Sequence record: OR995200.1
Length of the DNA stretch: 64,000 nucleotides
Source: Escherichia phage JY01
Strand: one strand, 5' to 3'
Part shown: piece by piece, positions 27,993 to 38,285 of the stretch
Layout of the letters: each line of letters opens with the position of its first letter
Numbering within the stretch: the first letter of the stretch is position 1
Made by a program: the position numbers and the translations under genes
Notes under the pieces: generated by a model
Seen by the model: only the letters and a program-made list of their open reading frames with translations
Databases searched by the model: none
Told to the model about the DNA's origin: nothing

Positions 27993-28250
27993 TTATTTTA
28001 AAACTTCTGCATAATCACATGTTACAAACTGTTTCTCTAACTTAACGATCTTACGAAAATATCTTTTGCATTGACGAATCTGCCTCTTCGTAGGACGTAC
28101 AGCAAACTTAATAAATTCCACTCGACCAAATGGAGGGCTTTCTTCTGCTGGAATATCTAACACCAATTCCCACGTTTCTGCAATAAGTGCTTTGAATTGA
28201 GTATTTTTCCTGACGTTATACGGAGTAGGTTTAAATAAAACAATATGCAT
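27993..28250 (-). CDS. Hypothetical protein (85 aa, 61.4 position)
   Basis: Basic ORF adjacent to dmd. As I recall, T4 61.4 has been reported as a ToxN inhibitor (TifA); homology here is unverified. Confidence 0.45.
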   Translation of the reverse strand: MHIVLFKPTPYNVRKNTQFKALIAETWELVLDIPAEESPPFGRVEFIKFAVRPTKRQIRQCKRYFRKIVKLEKQFVTCDYAEVLK

Positions 28251-28251
28251 A

Positions 28252-28434
28252 TTATCCTCGGCAATCTACTTCACATACTTTCTTGTCATCAATGAAAGCT
28301 TTAACTAATGCTTTATTAACTTCAGCATATTGAGTAGTAGCCCATTGAACGTCATCTTTCATCATTGTGGTTTCTTTAGTAAACATGCTTTCATTCTTAA
28401 ACCACCCCATAAAAACTACCTTTACCAATTCCAT
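28252..28434 (-). CDS. dmd: Dmd, antitoxin against host RnlA/LsoA
   Basis: 60 aa, MELVKVVFMGWFKNESMFTKETTMMKDDVQW..., matches recalled T4 Dmd (gene 61.5) in length and position. Confidence 0.65.
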   Translation of the reverse strand: MELVKVVFMGWFKNESMFTKETTMMKDDVQWATTQYAEVNKALVKAFIDDKKVCEVDCRG

Positions 28435-28461
28435 AACAATCTCCTCATTTAACCAACAAGA

Positions 28462-28494
28462 CTACTATACCATAGTCTTGTCAGCTTGTAAACT
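28462..28494 (-). promoter_or_regulatory. Early promoter upstream of dmd
   Basis: GTTTAC, 17 nt, TGGTATAGT on the minus strand. Confidence 0.5.
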
Positions 28495-29920
28495 AAAATT
28501 TTAATTCATTTGCCAAAGCATCTAACTGAGCTCGAGTGGATTCATTTCTTTGATAGCGATTCTGTTCAGCCTGAATCTGTTGTGAACCTGCTACTTCACT
28601 CACTTCAGTTGGAGTAGAATCTTGTTCAATTTCTACCCATTTTTGATTTCCTTTTTGAACACCCATCAAAAACTTATTCCACTTATTCTTATCACCATAT
28701 CGTGATTTGATTTGCTTAATGAGTTGTTGTTCAGCAGCTGCTAGCTCCTCGGTTTCAATGACCGCAAGCATAAAATCAGCTGTTGCTGGAAGACCAGCAG
28801 ATTCTGCAATATCACTCATGTTAACATCAGAAGAGTCCCAAGCTTGTTTACCGACCTGTGCTGCAGTCCAAAGAACAGTTTCGGTTTCAACAGCCAGAGC
28901 ACGTAATTCCTCTGCAATAGCTTTAACAGTTGTGTAACTATTTTCTGAATAAACTCTAATGCGACAAGATTTACAAATACCTAGATAGTCGACAATAATG
29001 ATCGTTGGAACAAAATTCTTTTTGAGCTTCAATTCATTCAAGAGAGACCTGAATGTATTAGCGTCTGCTCCACCAGTGGGATACTGTTTAACGATTAAAC
29101 GACCGAGAGTAGATTTCTCACGCCATTTTTCCATTTTTCCTTTATACTCGGCGTAAGAAATATGTCCATCATCAATATCGTCAAGAGAAACATCGAGCAT
29201 GTTAGCATCAATACGTTTAGCACAGACTTCTTCTGCCATTTCCATGGAGATATAAAGAACGTTATGACCAAGCTGTAAATAATCCGCTGCTAATGAACAA
29301 AGTCCTAATGATTTACCAACGTTAACGCCAGCCATTAAAACGTTCAGTGTTCCTGTCTCAGCTCCGCCTTTAGTAATTTTGTTTAGAATTCTGAGTTTAA
29401 ATGGAACTTTACGAGCTTTATTCATATAAGATAGCCAGCGTGCTTCGTAGTCATCCATCCAATCATGACCAACGTAGCTATCAAATGAAATTGATAATGC
29501 TTGACGCATGATATCAGGAATAGCACCTACATCTGGCATTTTCTTATTTCGTTTTTCCGGAGGAAGCTCAGCATTAGTTTGAATTTCGATTATTTTAGAC
29601 GTAGCATTAAACATCGCCCTTTGCTGAACATATTTTTCTGTTTCTTTTACTAACCAACTGTGGTCTTCTGGAGAATCGGCTAGTTTTGAAATAAGTGTTT
29701 TTACACCAGAATATTCTGTTTCAGTAAATGAACTATTTTCTAATGCAACATTTAACGCATTAATAGATGGAACGCTATGATACTCATTAACATGAGATTT
29801 AATTAATTTGAATGTATTTTTAGCTGGACCACTTTCAAAATATTCTGAATCCATATATGGCCAAACTTTTGAAAAATAAGCTTGATCAAATATAAGATGA
29901 GAAAGAATAATTTCTACCAC
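28493..29920 (-). CDS. 41: Replicative DNA helicase (DnaB family)
   Basis: 475 aa as in T4 gp41. Walker A GVNVGKS. GTG start codon. Confidence 0.9.
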   Translation of the reverse strand: MVEIILSHLIFDQAYFSKVWPYMDSEYFESGPAKNTFKLIKSHVNEYHSVPSINALNVALENSSFTETEYSGVKTLISKLADSPEDHSWLVKETEKYVQQRAMFNATSKIIEIQTNAELPPEKRNKKMPDVGAIPDIMRQALSISFDSYVGHDWMDDYEARWLSYMNKARKVPFKLRILNKITKGGAETGTLNVLMAGVNVGKSLGLCSLAADYLQLGHNVLYISMEMAEEVCAKRIDANMLDVSLDDIDDGHISYAEYKGKMEKWREKSTLGRLIVKQYPTGGADANTFRSLLNELKLKKNFVPTIIIVDYLGICKSCRIRVYSENSYTTVKAIAEELRALAVETETVLWTAAQVGKQAWDSSDVNMSDIAESAGLPATADFMLAVIETEELAAAEQQLIKQIKSRYGDKNKWNKFLMGVQKGNQKWVEIEQDSTPTEVSEVAGSQQIQAEQNRYQRNESTRAQLDALANELKF

Positions 29921-29929
29921 ACTTACTCC

Positions 29930-30274
29930 TTAAAAGAATTTAAATTTTTTCTTTGACCTTTTATTAAATGCATCTTGTAGTTGCATTGTAATACATTTTT
30001 CTACATGAGGAGCTAACTCAGCTTTTCTTTCTTGGTCAAGAACAGCAAAGTCCATTACGACTTTTCCATCAACCCAATCTAATTTTGTCACATACACAAT
30101 GTGTGTAGAACCATCTTCTAGTTTAATGACAATCTCCTGGATAACATTTTCCATGGCAGATTTAATTATCTTAAGAGATTCATTAAAAAGACGTTCTTTT
30201 CTTTCTTCTTCCCCCTCCGAAGAGGGGGATTCATCGATAATTTCTAGATCTAAGTCTAAATCATCTTTATTCAT
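29930..30274 (-). CDS. 40: Head vertex assembly chaperone gp40 candidate
   Basis: Between uvsX and 41. The track ORF starts at a GTG inside uvsX; the first ATG gives 114 aa. Start uncertain. Confidence 0.5.
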   Translation of the reverse strand: MNKDDLDLDLEIIDESPSSEGEEERKERLFNESLKIIKSAMENVIQEIVIKLEDGSTHIVYVTKLDWVDGKVVMDFAVLDQERKAELAPHVEKCITMQLQDAFNKRSKKKFKFF

Positions 30275-31448
30275 TAAATTCTTCCATATCACTTAACTGT
30301 TCGAGGTCAGTTTCTAAATCAGCAGCTGATTTACTTTTACTTTCTGGAGATTTAAATTTTTCAACCTTTGAGTTAATCAATTCATCAACTTCAGCTTCAA
30401 CAATTTCATTACTATCAATAGCACCTAACTGATAAGCACGTTTAATAGCATCTCGGAATGGTTGATGCTTAAATAAAGGACCCCAGAATGTAGTGCAGTT
30501 AGTATCTTTTGCACGCCAAGATTTTTCTTCGCGAATCATCTCGCCGGTTTCTTCTTCAAGAAATTCACGAGCATACCAACCATTCTTAGGTTTTACTACA
30601 AATCCTAATTCTAGAGCCATATCTAACAATCCAGAATAAGGATCGATACCACCGTCAAATTTAACATCAATAAAGAATTTACTTTTTTCTTTAACGGTAC
30701 GAGATTTTTCTACATTTAGAACAAATTGATACCCCTGAAGATCAGAACCATCTTTAATCTGACGCTTACCGATAATGAATACAGTATCAGCCGAATACAT
30801 TACGCCTGTACCACCTGTCATCACGGTTTTACTAAACATTTCAATTGTTTCAATTGTATGGTTAACCGCAACACACGGAATATTTTTAATGCTAAAATAA
30901 GGAGTAACGATACGGAATAATGACTTCAGTGATTTAGCACGAGTCATATCTGCAACAGATTTTTCATTCAAGGCATCTTCCGTTTCTTTCTTAGAAGCCA
31001 TATTACCGATTGAGTCGATGAATACAATAACCTTTTCGCCACGCTCAATAGCTTCAAGCTGATTCACCATATCAATTTTCAGCTGTTCAACTGATTGAAT
31101 TGGCGTATGAATTACACGTTCCGGGTCAACTCCCATGGATCGCAAATAAGCTGGAGTAATACCAAATTCGCTATCATAGAATAGACAAACCGCGTCAGGA
31201 TATTTGTTCAAATATGCCGCAACCATAGTCAAAGACATATTTGATTTAAAGTGTTTAGAAGGCCCTGCGAAAATAGTTAAACCAGACTGCATACCGCCAT
31301 CAATCGCACCAGAAATAGCGATATTAAGCATTGGGATTTTTGTACGAATTACATCCTTTTCATTAAAGAATTTAGATGTAGTCAGTTCGGCAGTCATTTT
31401 AGAAGTGGAAGCTTTAATCAAACGGGATTTTAAATCTGCAATAGACAT
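30267..31448 (-). CDS. uvsX: UvsX recombinase (RecA-like)
   Basis: 393 aa, Walker A GPSKHFKS. Similar to recalled T4 UvsX with scattered substitutions. Confidence 0.9.
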   Translation of the reverse strand: MSIADLKSRLIKASTSKMTAELTTSKFFNEKDVIRTKIPMLNIAISGAIDGGMQSGLTIFAGPSKHFKSNMSLTMVAAYLNKYPDAVCLFYDSEFGITPAYLRSMGVDPERVIHTPIQSVEQLKIDMVNQLEAIERGEKVIVFIDSIGNMASKKETEDALNEKSVADMTRAKSLKSLFRIVTPYFSIKNIPCVAVNHTIETIEMFSKTVMTGGTGVMYSADTVFIIGKRQIKDGSDLQGYQFVLNVEKSRTVKEKSKFFIDVKFDGGIDPYSGLLDMALELGFVVKPKNGWYAREFLEEETGEMIREEKSWRAKDTNCTTFWGPLFKHQPFRDAIKRAYQLGAIDSNEIVEAEVDELINSKVEKFKSPESKSKSAADLETDLEQLSDMEEFNE

Positions 31449-31525
31449 TCATTTTTTCCATAGGCATCATTATATTTTCCTCACTGGTTAAAGATAGAGT
31501 AATTATAACACAATAAATTTAGGCA

Positions 31526-32368
31526 TTAATCAACTGCTATTGGATGAATAGCATTAAACTTATGAAACGCTTCTGATTTTTCTTTGCGCGAAACACACAT
31601 GCGAAGAACCTTTAATGGCTCGTCTTCTTCACCCAACGATTTTCTCTTTTCAATATTCGATGTTTTCCAACGAGCTTGCTCTGGAAACTCTCTATTGATT
31701 TGCTCAAGCGCTCTATTATGTTTAGAATTACTACGAATTGAACTACATCCGCCAGGAGCTTGTGCTTTTCCAGATACAACCAGATATTTGAACAGGGCCA
31801 AATGCGGATAACCTTGACTAATTAAATTGAGAAATGCATACATATCTTCGCATAAATCAATTTTTCCATACCCAATTTGTTCTGTCGTAAGTTTTCCGAG
31901 GTCATACCATGTATTCGTGAATCCATATGAATTTTCACGATAATTACCCCAAGATGAAGTAATTTTAAAAATAGGTAGACGAGCATGGCCATGATAATAC
32001 CCGCAATCCATGGCATCCTCAACATATTGAATCAATTCATAGAACTGTTCACGAGTCAATTGATTGACTTTATCTACGCAACGACGATCATCTCTTTTTC
32101 GCATTGAACTCATACGAATAGTAGTATCATCGTCAATCATCCAGATTCGTTGACCTGCATATATATCGGTAATTGCTTTACGAGTACCGGCAATTCCGTT
32201 TACATCATCAGGAATAGTTATAATTTTAGCTCTAGACCCATAAGCGTCATGATAAGCTTTTTCTTCATGTTCACGCACTACAATATGGGGTTCATAATCA
32301 GTCGGAAACATATCAAGGGCAGAAACTGCCCCGACACGCTGATAACTTGGAATTACGAATTGAATCAT
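31526..32368 (-). CDS. Putative DNA hydroxymethylcytosine glycosyltransferase, GT-A-like
   Basis: About 280 aa at the locus where T4 has bgt (351 aa). IWMIDDDTTI has a DxD-like motif. ATG overlaps the gene 42 stop. Resembles the T2/T6 arrangement by position only. Confidence 0.55.
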   Translation of the reverse strand: MIQFVIPSYQRVGAVSALDMFPTDYEPHIVVREHEEKAYHDAYGSRAKIITIPDDVNGIAGTRKAITDIYAGQRIWMIDDDTTIRMSSMRKRDDRRCVDKVNQLTREQFYELIQYVEDAMDCGYYHGHARLPIFKITSSWGNYRENSYGFTNTWYDLGKLTTEQIGYGKIDLCEDMYAFLNLISQGYPHLALFKYLVVSGKAQAPGGCSSIRSNSKHNRALEQINREFPEQARWKTSNIEKRKSLGEEDEPLKVLRMCVSRKEKSEAFHKFNAIHPIAVD

Positions 32369-33105
32369 TTCCACTCACCGTTATAATCTTTTTTCACAAT
32401 ATGAGTTTCGCCAGTATTCCACCAATGATCAACCAAGTAAAAATGACGAGAATATACATGAAGACTTCCAACATTCCATATAATAGAACCTGCTTTATAC
32501 TGACGAGTTGAATCGCCGGCATTCAAATCAGATACTAATTTATCTAATACGTATTTTTGCCATGCATAATCATTACGGAATCCGAAGACCACGTCATTTG
32601 AGCGCATGCTTACTACTGCATTGACTTTCTTATCACGAATCAGATACTGTACGGTATTCGTACACATGAAATCTGACATACCATCTTTATTGTAGTCAAA
32701 TTGCATGGATGGACGAGTATAAATCATGATACCACGTCGAGAATCAGGATTTTGACCAAGTTCAGCTAAACACATATCATACTGGGCATAGTTATCTTCT
32801 GACCAGATAGCCCAACCATAATTCGAGTTAATTTCGCCTTTAGAAGATGCTACCTGCTGCCAAATCTTTGGTGTTTCACCTGGAATATCTTTAACAAACA
32901 AGCTCTTAGATTTATACCATTCAAGTTCGCGCTGAATGTATTCATCATTAAGAGCGCCAAAAATAAACGGTTCATCTGCTACAAATGATGCGCCAATAAT
33001 TTCAATAGTTTTAACACCAGTTTTATCAACTACGAAATCTTTTTCTTTTAATGCAAGCCCCAAATGAAGACGGATTTCTTCAACTGTCATAGAGTCACTA
33101 ATCAT
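32365..33105 (-). CDS. 42: dCMP hydroxymethylase
   Basis: 246 aa as in T4 gp42. Thymidylate-synthase-like fold expected. Confidence 0.9.
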   Translation of the reverse strand: MISDSMTVEEIRLHLGLALKEKDFVVDKTGVKTIEIIGASFVADEPFIFGALNDEYIQRELEWYKSKSLFVKDIPGETPKIWQQVASSKGEINSNYGWAIWSEDNYAQYDMCLAELGQNPDSRRGIMIYTRPSMQFDYNKDGMSDFMCTNTVQYLIRDKKVNAVVSMRSNDVVFGFRNDYAWQKYVLDKLVSDLNAGDSTRQYKAGSIIWNVGSLHVYSRHFYLVDHWWNTGETHIVKKDYNGEWK

Positions 33106-33258
33106 TTAAACCTCAATTGATACATTCATATTTAACTTGTAACAGTAATAAGCTCCAACCTAAAATAATAGTTGGAATCATAAGAGGAACCGTTACACTA
33201 TAGTATATACTTATTATAATCATCAAGATTAAAAGCAACACTGTTATAATTTTGCTTT

Positions 33259-33510
33259 TCATTCCTTCTCTCTGATGATAATTACCTGATTTGGTTGTGC
33301 AGACTTTTTAGTTTCACCCGCAATTGACCAAATAAATGTAATAAACCAACCAATAATTGACCAGTTAAACAGTAAAGATGTGAAAAAGATTCCTACTGTC
33401 GATTTTGACCCACGCATCAAAGCAATAAACCATGGAAGCATGTATATAATAATAGCCAACACACCTGAAACTAAAACCATAAAAATTGAACCTGCTACTA
33501 AAGTTTCCAT
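33259..33510 (-). CDS. imm: Immunity protein Imm (superinfection exclusion)
   Basis: 83 aa with two transmembrane segments, between 42 and 43 as in T4. Confidence 0.7.
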   Translation of the reverse strand: METLVAGSIFMVLVSGVLAIIIYMLPWFIALMRGSKSTVGIFFTSLLFNWSIIGWFITFIWSIAGETKKSAQPNQVIIIREKE

Positions 33511-33516
33511 ATTTCC

Positions 33517-33897
33517 TCACTTAGTCAAATTTTTTACGCATGAATTATAAGAATTCACTACATACTCCATCGGAGCATTTTTACCAGTACGCCATTGGTA
33601 ATTATTAGCCCAATTAGCCCAAATTTCGGCGCAGTAGTTTTCAATTTTTTCTTCGCGTGTAATTACATCAGAATTACGATATGCTTGAGCAGATTCATCT
33701 GGACGAATAGCTTCGTCAAAATTTGCCTGCATTTGTTCTACTGTTTGCTTTGGAGCTTCTTTATAACACTTGACATTAGGATTATAAAACTTGCTTGAAC
33801 AGTTTACAATTTTTCCTACATCAGACTGATTTACTACCGGTCCTTGAGCCACACAACCAGTAAGACCTAATGCAATAACCAAAATAGCGATTTTCAT
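33517..33897 (-). CDS. Putative lipoprotein (126 aa)
   Basis: MKIAILVIALGLTGC signal peptide with lipobox. Confidence 0.5.
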   Translation of the reverse strand: MKIAILVIALGLTGCVAQGPVVNQSDVGKIVNCSSKFYNPNVKCYKEAPKQTVEQMQANFDEAIRPDESAQAYRNSDVITREEKIENYCAEIWANWANNYQWRTGKNAPMEYVVNSYNSCVKNLTK

Positions 33898-33907
33898 AAT
33901 AATTTCC

Positions 33908-34144
33908 TCAAATGCAAGTAGTAATTACTCCAGTAGTGCTTATACAGGTATTACCCATTTGCACACCTAAAGATCCATTTGTATTCACATGAAGATTATC
34001 ATCAATTTTAACTGATATTTTACCATTAGTGTGAATAACGGTGCTAGATTTAATCACAGGTTGAGTATCATTTTCAACACTAACAAATGGAACTGCTACT
34101 AATGCAACTAAACAAACTGCTAAACATCCCATAACAATTTTCAT
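33908..34144 (-). CDS. Small secreted protein (78 aa)
   Basis: Track ORF trimmed from the TTG in the leader to the ATG. MKIVMGCLAVCLVALVAVPFVSVEN is a signal peptide. Confidence 0.5.
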   Translation of the reverse strand: MKIVMGCLAVCLVALVAVPFVSVENDTQPVIKSSTVIHTNGKISVKIDDNLHVNTNGSLGVQMGNTCISTTGVITTCI

Positions 34145-34179
34145 TTTATTCTCCAAATCTGTATCAGTAGTTGATAGTT

Positions 34180-34222
34180 GTATAGTACCACAGAAGAACA
34201 GTCTTGTAAACAGTTTTGTGAA
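34180..34222 (-). promoter_or_regulatory. Early promoter cassette
   Basis: GTTTAC, spacer, TGTGGTACTATACAACTATCAACTACTGATACAGATTTGGAGAATAAA-ATG. Confidence 0.55.
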
Positions 34223-34287
34223 AATTTTTTAGGGAATTCTAAAGGTCCAGAATCATCTGTTTTTCATAAGTATAGATTTATATTACT

Positions 34288-34312
34288 TGTATGAAAAAGG
34301 GACCCGGAGGTC
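34288..34312 (-). terminator. Rho-independent terminator downstream of gene 43
   Basis: GGGACC-UCCG-GGUCCC hairpin followed by a T-run on the minus strand. Confidence 0.55.
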
Positions 34313-34327
34313 CCTAGATTTATTCTA

Positions 34328-37024
34328 TCAGCCAAACAGGAAGTCTAACGAAGCTTTTTCTTCATAGTCCATACCAGCCGATTCACACATGCCTGCAAGC
34401 GGTTTAACAAACGATTTTTGGAACAAAGTTGAGTAGTCAATCCAAGACAGTACGTCAGAACGAATTTCTTTTGGAAGTTCTGTACCCGACGGCCAAGCAA
34501 TGCATTTGTCACCAAATGGATTTCCTTCACGCAATGGAAGAACCATTACTTTATTTCCATCCAAAATTGGAGCTACACCTAAACCGCTAACAGCTCGACG
34601 ATAAGTTAGCACACCACGAATATGGAACGGACATTTAAATCCTGGCCAACCTTTATCATCATATTTCGCTATATCGTTCGCAGTTTTTACTTCAGCAATA
34701 ACTTTATAGTCAAGTTGACGATATTCTTTCTCGAAGTTCTTGTAATATTCTTGGACAGACTCTTCACCTTCCTGAAGAATACGACGGATACTTTCTTCAA
34801 GAGCTTCTTGGACCGCTTTAGGCGTTGAACTTTGCTGAGTTTCCATACCCATGATTTTTAGATGCGGTTCAGCAAATCGCTTATCTTCCATATCATAAAC
34901 GTTCAGAGCATAACGTTTTTTCGCTTTCCAAAATCCACCAACACCCTTTGAACCAAGTGGAGGGCAAGAAATAGCTTCACGGTCCATATGCATCAGATGC
35001 TCGCGGTTATTCATATAATCACATAACTCACGATATGCAACATCAATCATAGGTTCCATCTTTTTCTTACCGAACTGATTCATGAATTCAACTAAATCGT
35101 TCTGCTCTTTGAATCGGTCAAGACCAACTTTTTCAATAACTTTATCTACACAAACATATACCGAATCAGTATCACCTGCTGCGATGAAATCTTCGCCATT
35201 AGTTCCACATACTTTATTCAGATACTCATTAATTTTACGAGCAATCCACTGAATACCGACTTGACCAAAAATTGTAATAGCAGTAGCATTTCGCAAATCA
35301 TAGTAGCGGAAATGAATATTACCAAGAGCACCGTAAAGGCTGTTAATAAGAATTTTACGGTTCAGCTGATTTGTATTAGCAAGTGTAGCCGCTTTTTCAC
35401 ATTCTTCAATCAAACTATTGAGAACAGATTCAGTATAATTCGATAGTTCATTTAAGAAATCATCACTGAACTTAACATATCGTTTAACTTCAGGTTTAGT
35501 TGAACAAGACCCTGCGCCTTTCATAATAATCTTTTTAATAGCTTCGGCATTCATTTCTTCAGCGAACATTTTCTTTTTCCAATCTTTACGCTGGAAAAAT
35601 ACTTTAGCGATTTCCTTTGGAATGATACCTTCTTGATGCTTATCATACATCCATCCATTCGGAGAACAAGAATATTCATCACTCGGTTTAGGAGCTGTTC
35701 CTGCGATATATTCATGAATTGGATGAACTTTAAACTGACCACGAATAGTCTCAGGACTAATGTTAACCTGACGAATAATGCTCGGATACAGAGACGTCAA
35801 GTCAAAACTCATAATATATCGACGAGCAATTGGTTTAGGTTCAAATACAAATGCACCCGGAAAACTTTGTTTAACGTGCGAACCTTGTTGAGGAATAACC
35901 TTATGTTCACCTTTCAATGAGTTAAAAATAATAGCATCCCAAGTTTTAATAGGACTCATTACACCAGAAAAAGGCATTTTAGCATAATAAGACATACTTA
36001 AAACTAGATCGATAAACCCGCGAATTTTATCAATTGCTTGAACTGATTCTACGTCAATGATGTTATAACTAATGTATCGTTGATGATTAGTCTCACGAAG
36101 TTTATTAATAGGACCGTCGTATGGTAATTTACCTTTTTTGGTTTCATGCTGAGCAACTGATTCCAAAGAGAATGACGGCAAATTAGTAAATGCGAATTTC
36201 TTATACAAATCTAAATAATCAAGAATAGATACGCCATCAATAGAATAAATTTCTTTGCTACCGTACATATTTTGGATAAGTTTAGATTTTACTCGACCGA
36301 TTGGAGAGAAGCGTTTCATACTGCGTTCACCAAGAACCATTTTAACACGATTCATGATATACGGAACGTCAAATCCCTCAATATTCCAACCAGTAAAAAT
36401 AGCAGGTCGTTTCTGTTCCCAAAGATTAATATATTCCATGAGCATATCACGCTCATTATCGAATGGCATATAAATTACTCGGTCAAGAATTTCTTGAGGA
36501 ACTTCATCACCACCTTCACAGTCAAGCTTAGCAGCTAACTTTGCATCCCATTTTGATACTGAACCGTACATTGAATTCAAAAGGTCGAAAACATAAAAAC
36601 GATCATCAATTGAATCGTAATGAGTGATAGCATCAATTTCATATTCAGCTTTCATTGGGTCAGGAAATTTATCACCAGTAACCTCAATGTCACAGTTAGC
36701 TACACGAACAAATTTTCGGTCATAAACAATTTCTGAACCATATGTATCACTGATATAAGCGAGTTTAAAATCGTTCATACCGAGAGCTTCGAGACCGATG
36801 TCTTCCATTCGTTTCATCCAATCTCGAGCATCTTTCATTGATGGAAATTTTTGAGGAGCACAGTTTTTACCATAGATGTCTTTGTACTTTGACTCTTCCT
36901 TACAATGTCTAAACATAGTTGGAAGATATTCTACTTCACGAGTACGTTCCTTTCCGTTTTCATCAATATAACGTTCAACAATGTTATTTCCGACTGTTTC
37001 AATAGAGATATAAAATTCTTTCAT
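34328..37024 (-). CDS. 43: DNA polymerase (family B)
   Basis: 898 aa as in T4 gp43. Exonuclease and polymerase motifs present, including DTDS. Confidence 0.95.
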   Translation of the reverse strand: MKEFYISIETVGNNIVERYIDENGKERTREVEYLPTMFRHCKEESKYKDIYGKNCAPQKFPSMKDARDWMKRMEDIGLEALGMNDFKLAYISDTYGSEIVYDRKFVRVANCDIEVTGDKFPDPMKAEYEIDAITHYDSIDDRFYVFDLLNSMYGSVSKWDAKLAAKLDCEGGDEVPQEILDRVIYMPFDNERDMLMEYINLWEQKRPAIFTGWNIEGFDVPYIMNRVKMVLGERSMKRFSPIGRVKSKLIQNMYGSKEIYSIDGVSILDYLDLYKKFAFTNLPSFSLESVAQHETKKGKLPYDGPINKLRETNHQRYISYNIIDVESVQAIDKIRGFIDLVLSMSYYAKMPFSGVMSPIKTWDAIIFNSLKGEHKVIPQQGSHVKQSFPGAFVFEPKPIARRYIMSFDLTSLYPSIIRQVNISPETIRGQFKVHPIHEYIAGTAPKPSDEYSCSPNGWMYDKHQEGIIPKEIAKVFFQRKDWKKKMFAEEMNAEAIKKIIMKGAGSCSTKPEVKRYVKFSDDFLNELSNYTESVLNSLIEECEKAATLANTNQLNRKILINSLYGALGNIHFRYYDLRNATAITIFGQVGIQWIARKINEYLNKVCGTNGEDFIAAGDTDSVYVCVDKVIEKVGLDRFKEQNDLVEFMNQFGKKKMEPMIDVAYRELCDYMNNREHLMHMDREAISCPPLGSKGVGGFWKAKKRYALNVYDMEDKRFAEPHLKIMGMETQQSSTPKAVQEALEESIRRILQEGEESVQEYYKNFEKEYRQLDYKVIAEVKTANDIAKYDDKGWPGFKCPFHIRGVLTYRRAVSGLGVAPILDGNKVMVLPLREGNPFGDKCIAWPSGTELPKEIRSDVLSWIDYSTLFQKSFVKPLAGMCESAGMDYEEKASLDFLFG

Positions 37025-37040
37025 AGATATTCCTTAGTTT

Positions 37041-37062
37041 ATAGCCCGAGTTATTAGGCTCT
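37041..37062 (-). promoter_or_regulatory. gp43 translational operator hairpin
   Basis: The mRNA reads AGCC-UAAUAACUC-GGGCU immediately 5' of the AAGGA Shine-Dalgarno. The AAUAACUC loop is the known gp43 autoregulatory operator. Confidence 0.55.
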
Positions 37063-37081
37063 TGATATATTATACTCCAAA

Positions 37082-37098
37082 TAAGGGGCCGAAGCCCC
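37082..37098 (-). other. UUCG-tetraloop RNA hairpin
   Basis: GGGGCCGAAGCCCC between the 78-aa ORF and the gene 43 leader. Confidence 0.45.
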
Positions 37099-37104
37099 TT
37101 TGCT

Positions 37105-37341
37105 TTAAATTTCTATTGTACGACGCGATATAACGGACTTGCCATCTTTATTTGTGGTTTTGATAATCGCATGAAATACGCGTTGGCGTGGGTAAACTAA
37201 TCGTTGGAATTCTTTTTGGAATTCTATTTGTTTATCTTCCGGGAGGTCAAAAACTAGTTGGGTAGAAGACAGACCATATGTTTGTTTTAGATTTTCGAAT
37301 ATTAGAAAAGCTTCGGTAAACTGAATCTCTGATTGTGTCAT
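37105..37341 (-). CDS. Hypothetical protein (78 aa) between regA and 43
   Basis: Track ORF trimmed to the ATG with AAGGT Shine-Dalgarno, 10 nt after the regA stop. Confidence 0.45.
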   Translation of the reverse strand: MTQSEIQFTEAFLIFENLKQTYGLSSTQLVFDLPEDKQIEFQKEFQRLVYPRQRVFHAIIKTTNKDGKSVISRRTIEI

Positions 37342-37351
37342 ATAATTTACC

Positions 37352-37720
37352 TTAATTACCAATCGTATATTTAGGAACGAGTTTCCATTCGTGCTTTTGT
37401 TTAAAAGAAATAACTCGGAAGTTATTAGTTAAATCTTTCATAAAAGTTCTTTGTCCAGGAACGATTTCAATTAGTCCCCAATCTTCTAACAGCCATGCAA
37501 TCGAATCACGACGAACTTCATCTTCTTCTGTCATTTCAACTTGGCGACCATCCATACGAAGCATTTCTTTAAAATGAACGATATAGTATAGTCCTTTTTT
37601 CTGAAGAATATGACAGGACTGATACAGAACTTTATCTTTATTATTAGCAATTCCCATACGAGTCAAAGTTTCTTTTACTTTCAGAAAATCTTCAGGTTTT
37701 TTAAGAGTAATTTCAATCAT
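37352..37720 (-). CDS. regA: Translational repressor RegA
   Basis: 122 aa as in T4 RegA. Position downstream of 62. Confidence 0.8.
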   Translation of the reverse strand: MIEITLKKPEDFLKVKETLTRMGIANNKDKVLYQSCHILQKKGLYYIVHFKEMLRMDGRQVEMTEEDEVRRDSIAWLLEDWGLIEIVPGQRTFMKDLTNNFRVISFKQKHEWKLVPKYTIGN

Positions 37721-37721
37721 T

Positions 37722-38285
37722 TTACCATTCCAATGCTAGTTTTTTGAGTTGTTTCTGTTCTTTTACGTTCTTAGTCACTTCTTTCAAAAAATCATCCGTG
37801 ACTAAACCTTTTAGTTCTTTTAATACTAAAGGAAGTTTTCCATTTTTAGTAAGAATTGATTTATAGTTAATTGCATCATTTGTGTTAACTTGATACCGCT
37901 TAGCAAGTAACTTAATAATCAATACTTCGGTGGAATCTTCAACTAGTTTTGCCCATTTACCATATCTTTTACCACGAGGAACTGCAGCCATTAGATAATT
38001 AAAATGAGCTTCATCGCTTAAGCCTGATCCAATTAAATTCATAGCATATACAGCTGGCATGCACTCTGGAAATTGTGATAATGCATTTTCAACCATGAAT
38101 TTTGAATAATCTTTTTGAGCAATAGAGCATTTAGTTTTATTATTAATAGCTCCAATTATTTCAAAAAATTCATTTTCAGCTTTTTCTTTAAAAGAATCAG
38201 CAGCGGATTGGACAGCTGTCCAATCTTTTGAATACCAAGCAACTTGATGCTCGTTTAATTGAATATCATCTTCAAATAAGCTCAT
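37722..38285 (-). CDS. 62: Clamp loader small subunit
   Basis: Trimmed to [22 protein letters not shown]... (187 aa as in T4 gp62). Confidence 0.85.
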   Translation of the reverse strand: MSLFEDDIQLNEHQVAWYSKDWTAVQSAADSFKEKAENEFFEIIGAINNKTKCSIAQKDYSKFMVENALSQFPECMPAVYAMNLIGSGLSDEAHFNYLMAAVPRGKRYGKWAKLVEDSTEVLIIKLLAKRYQVNTNDAINYKSILTKNGKLPLVLKELKGLVTDDFLKEVTKNVKEQKQLKKLALEW

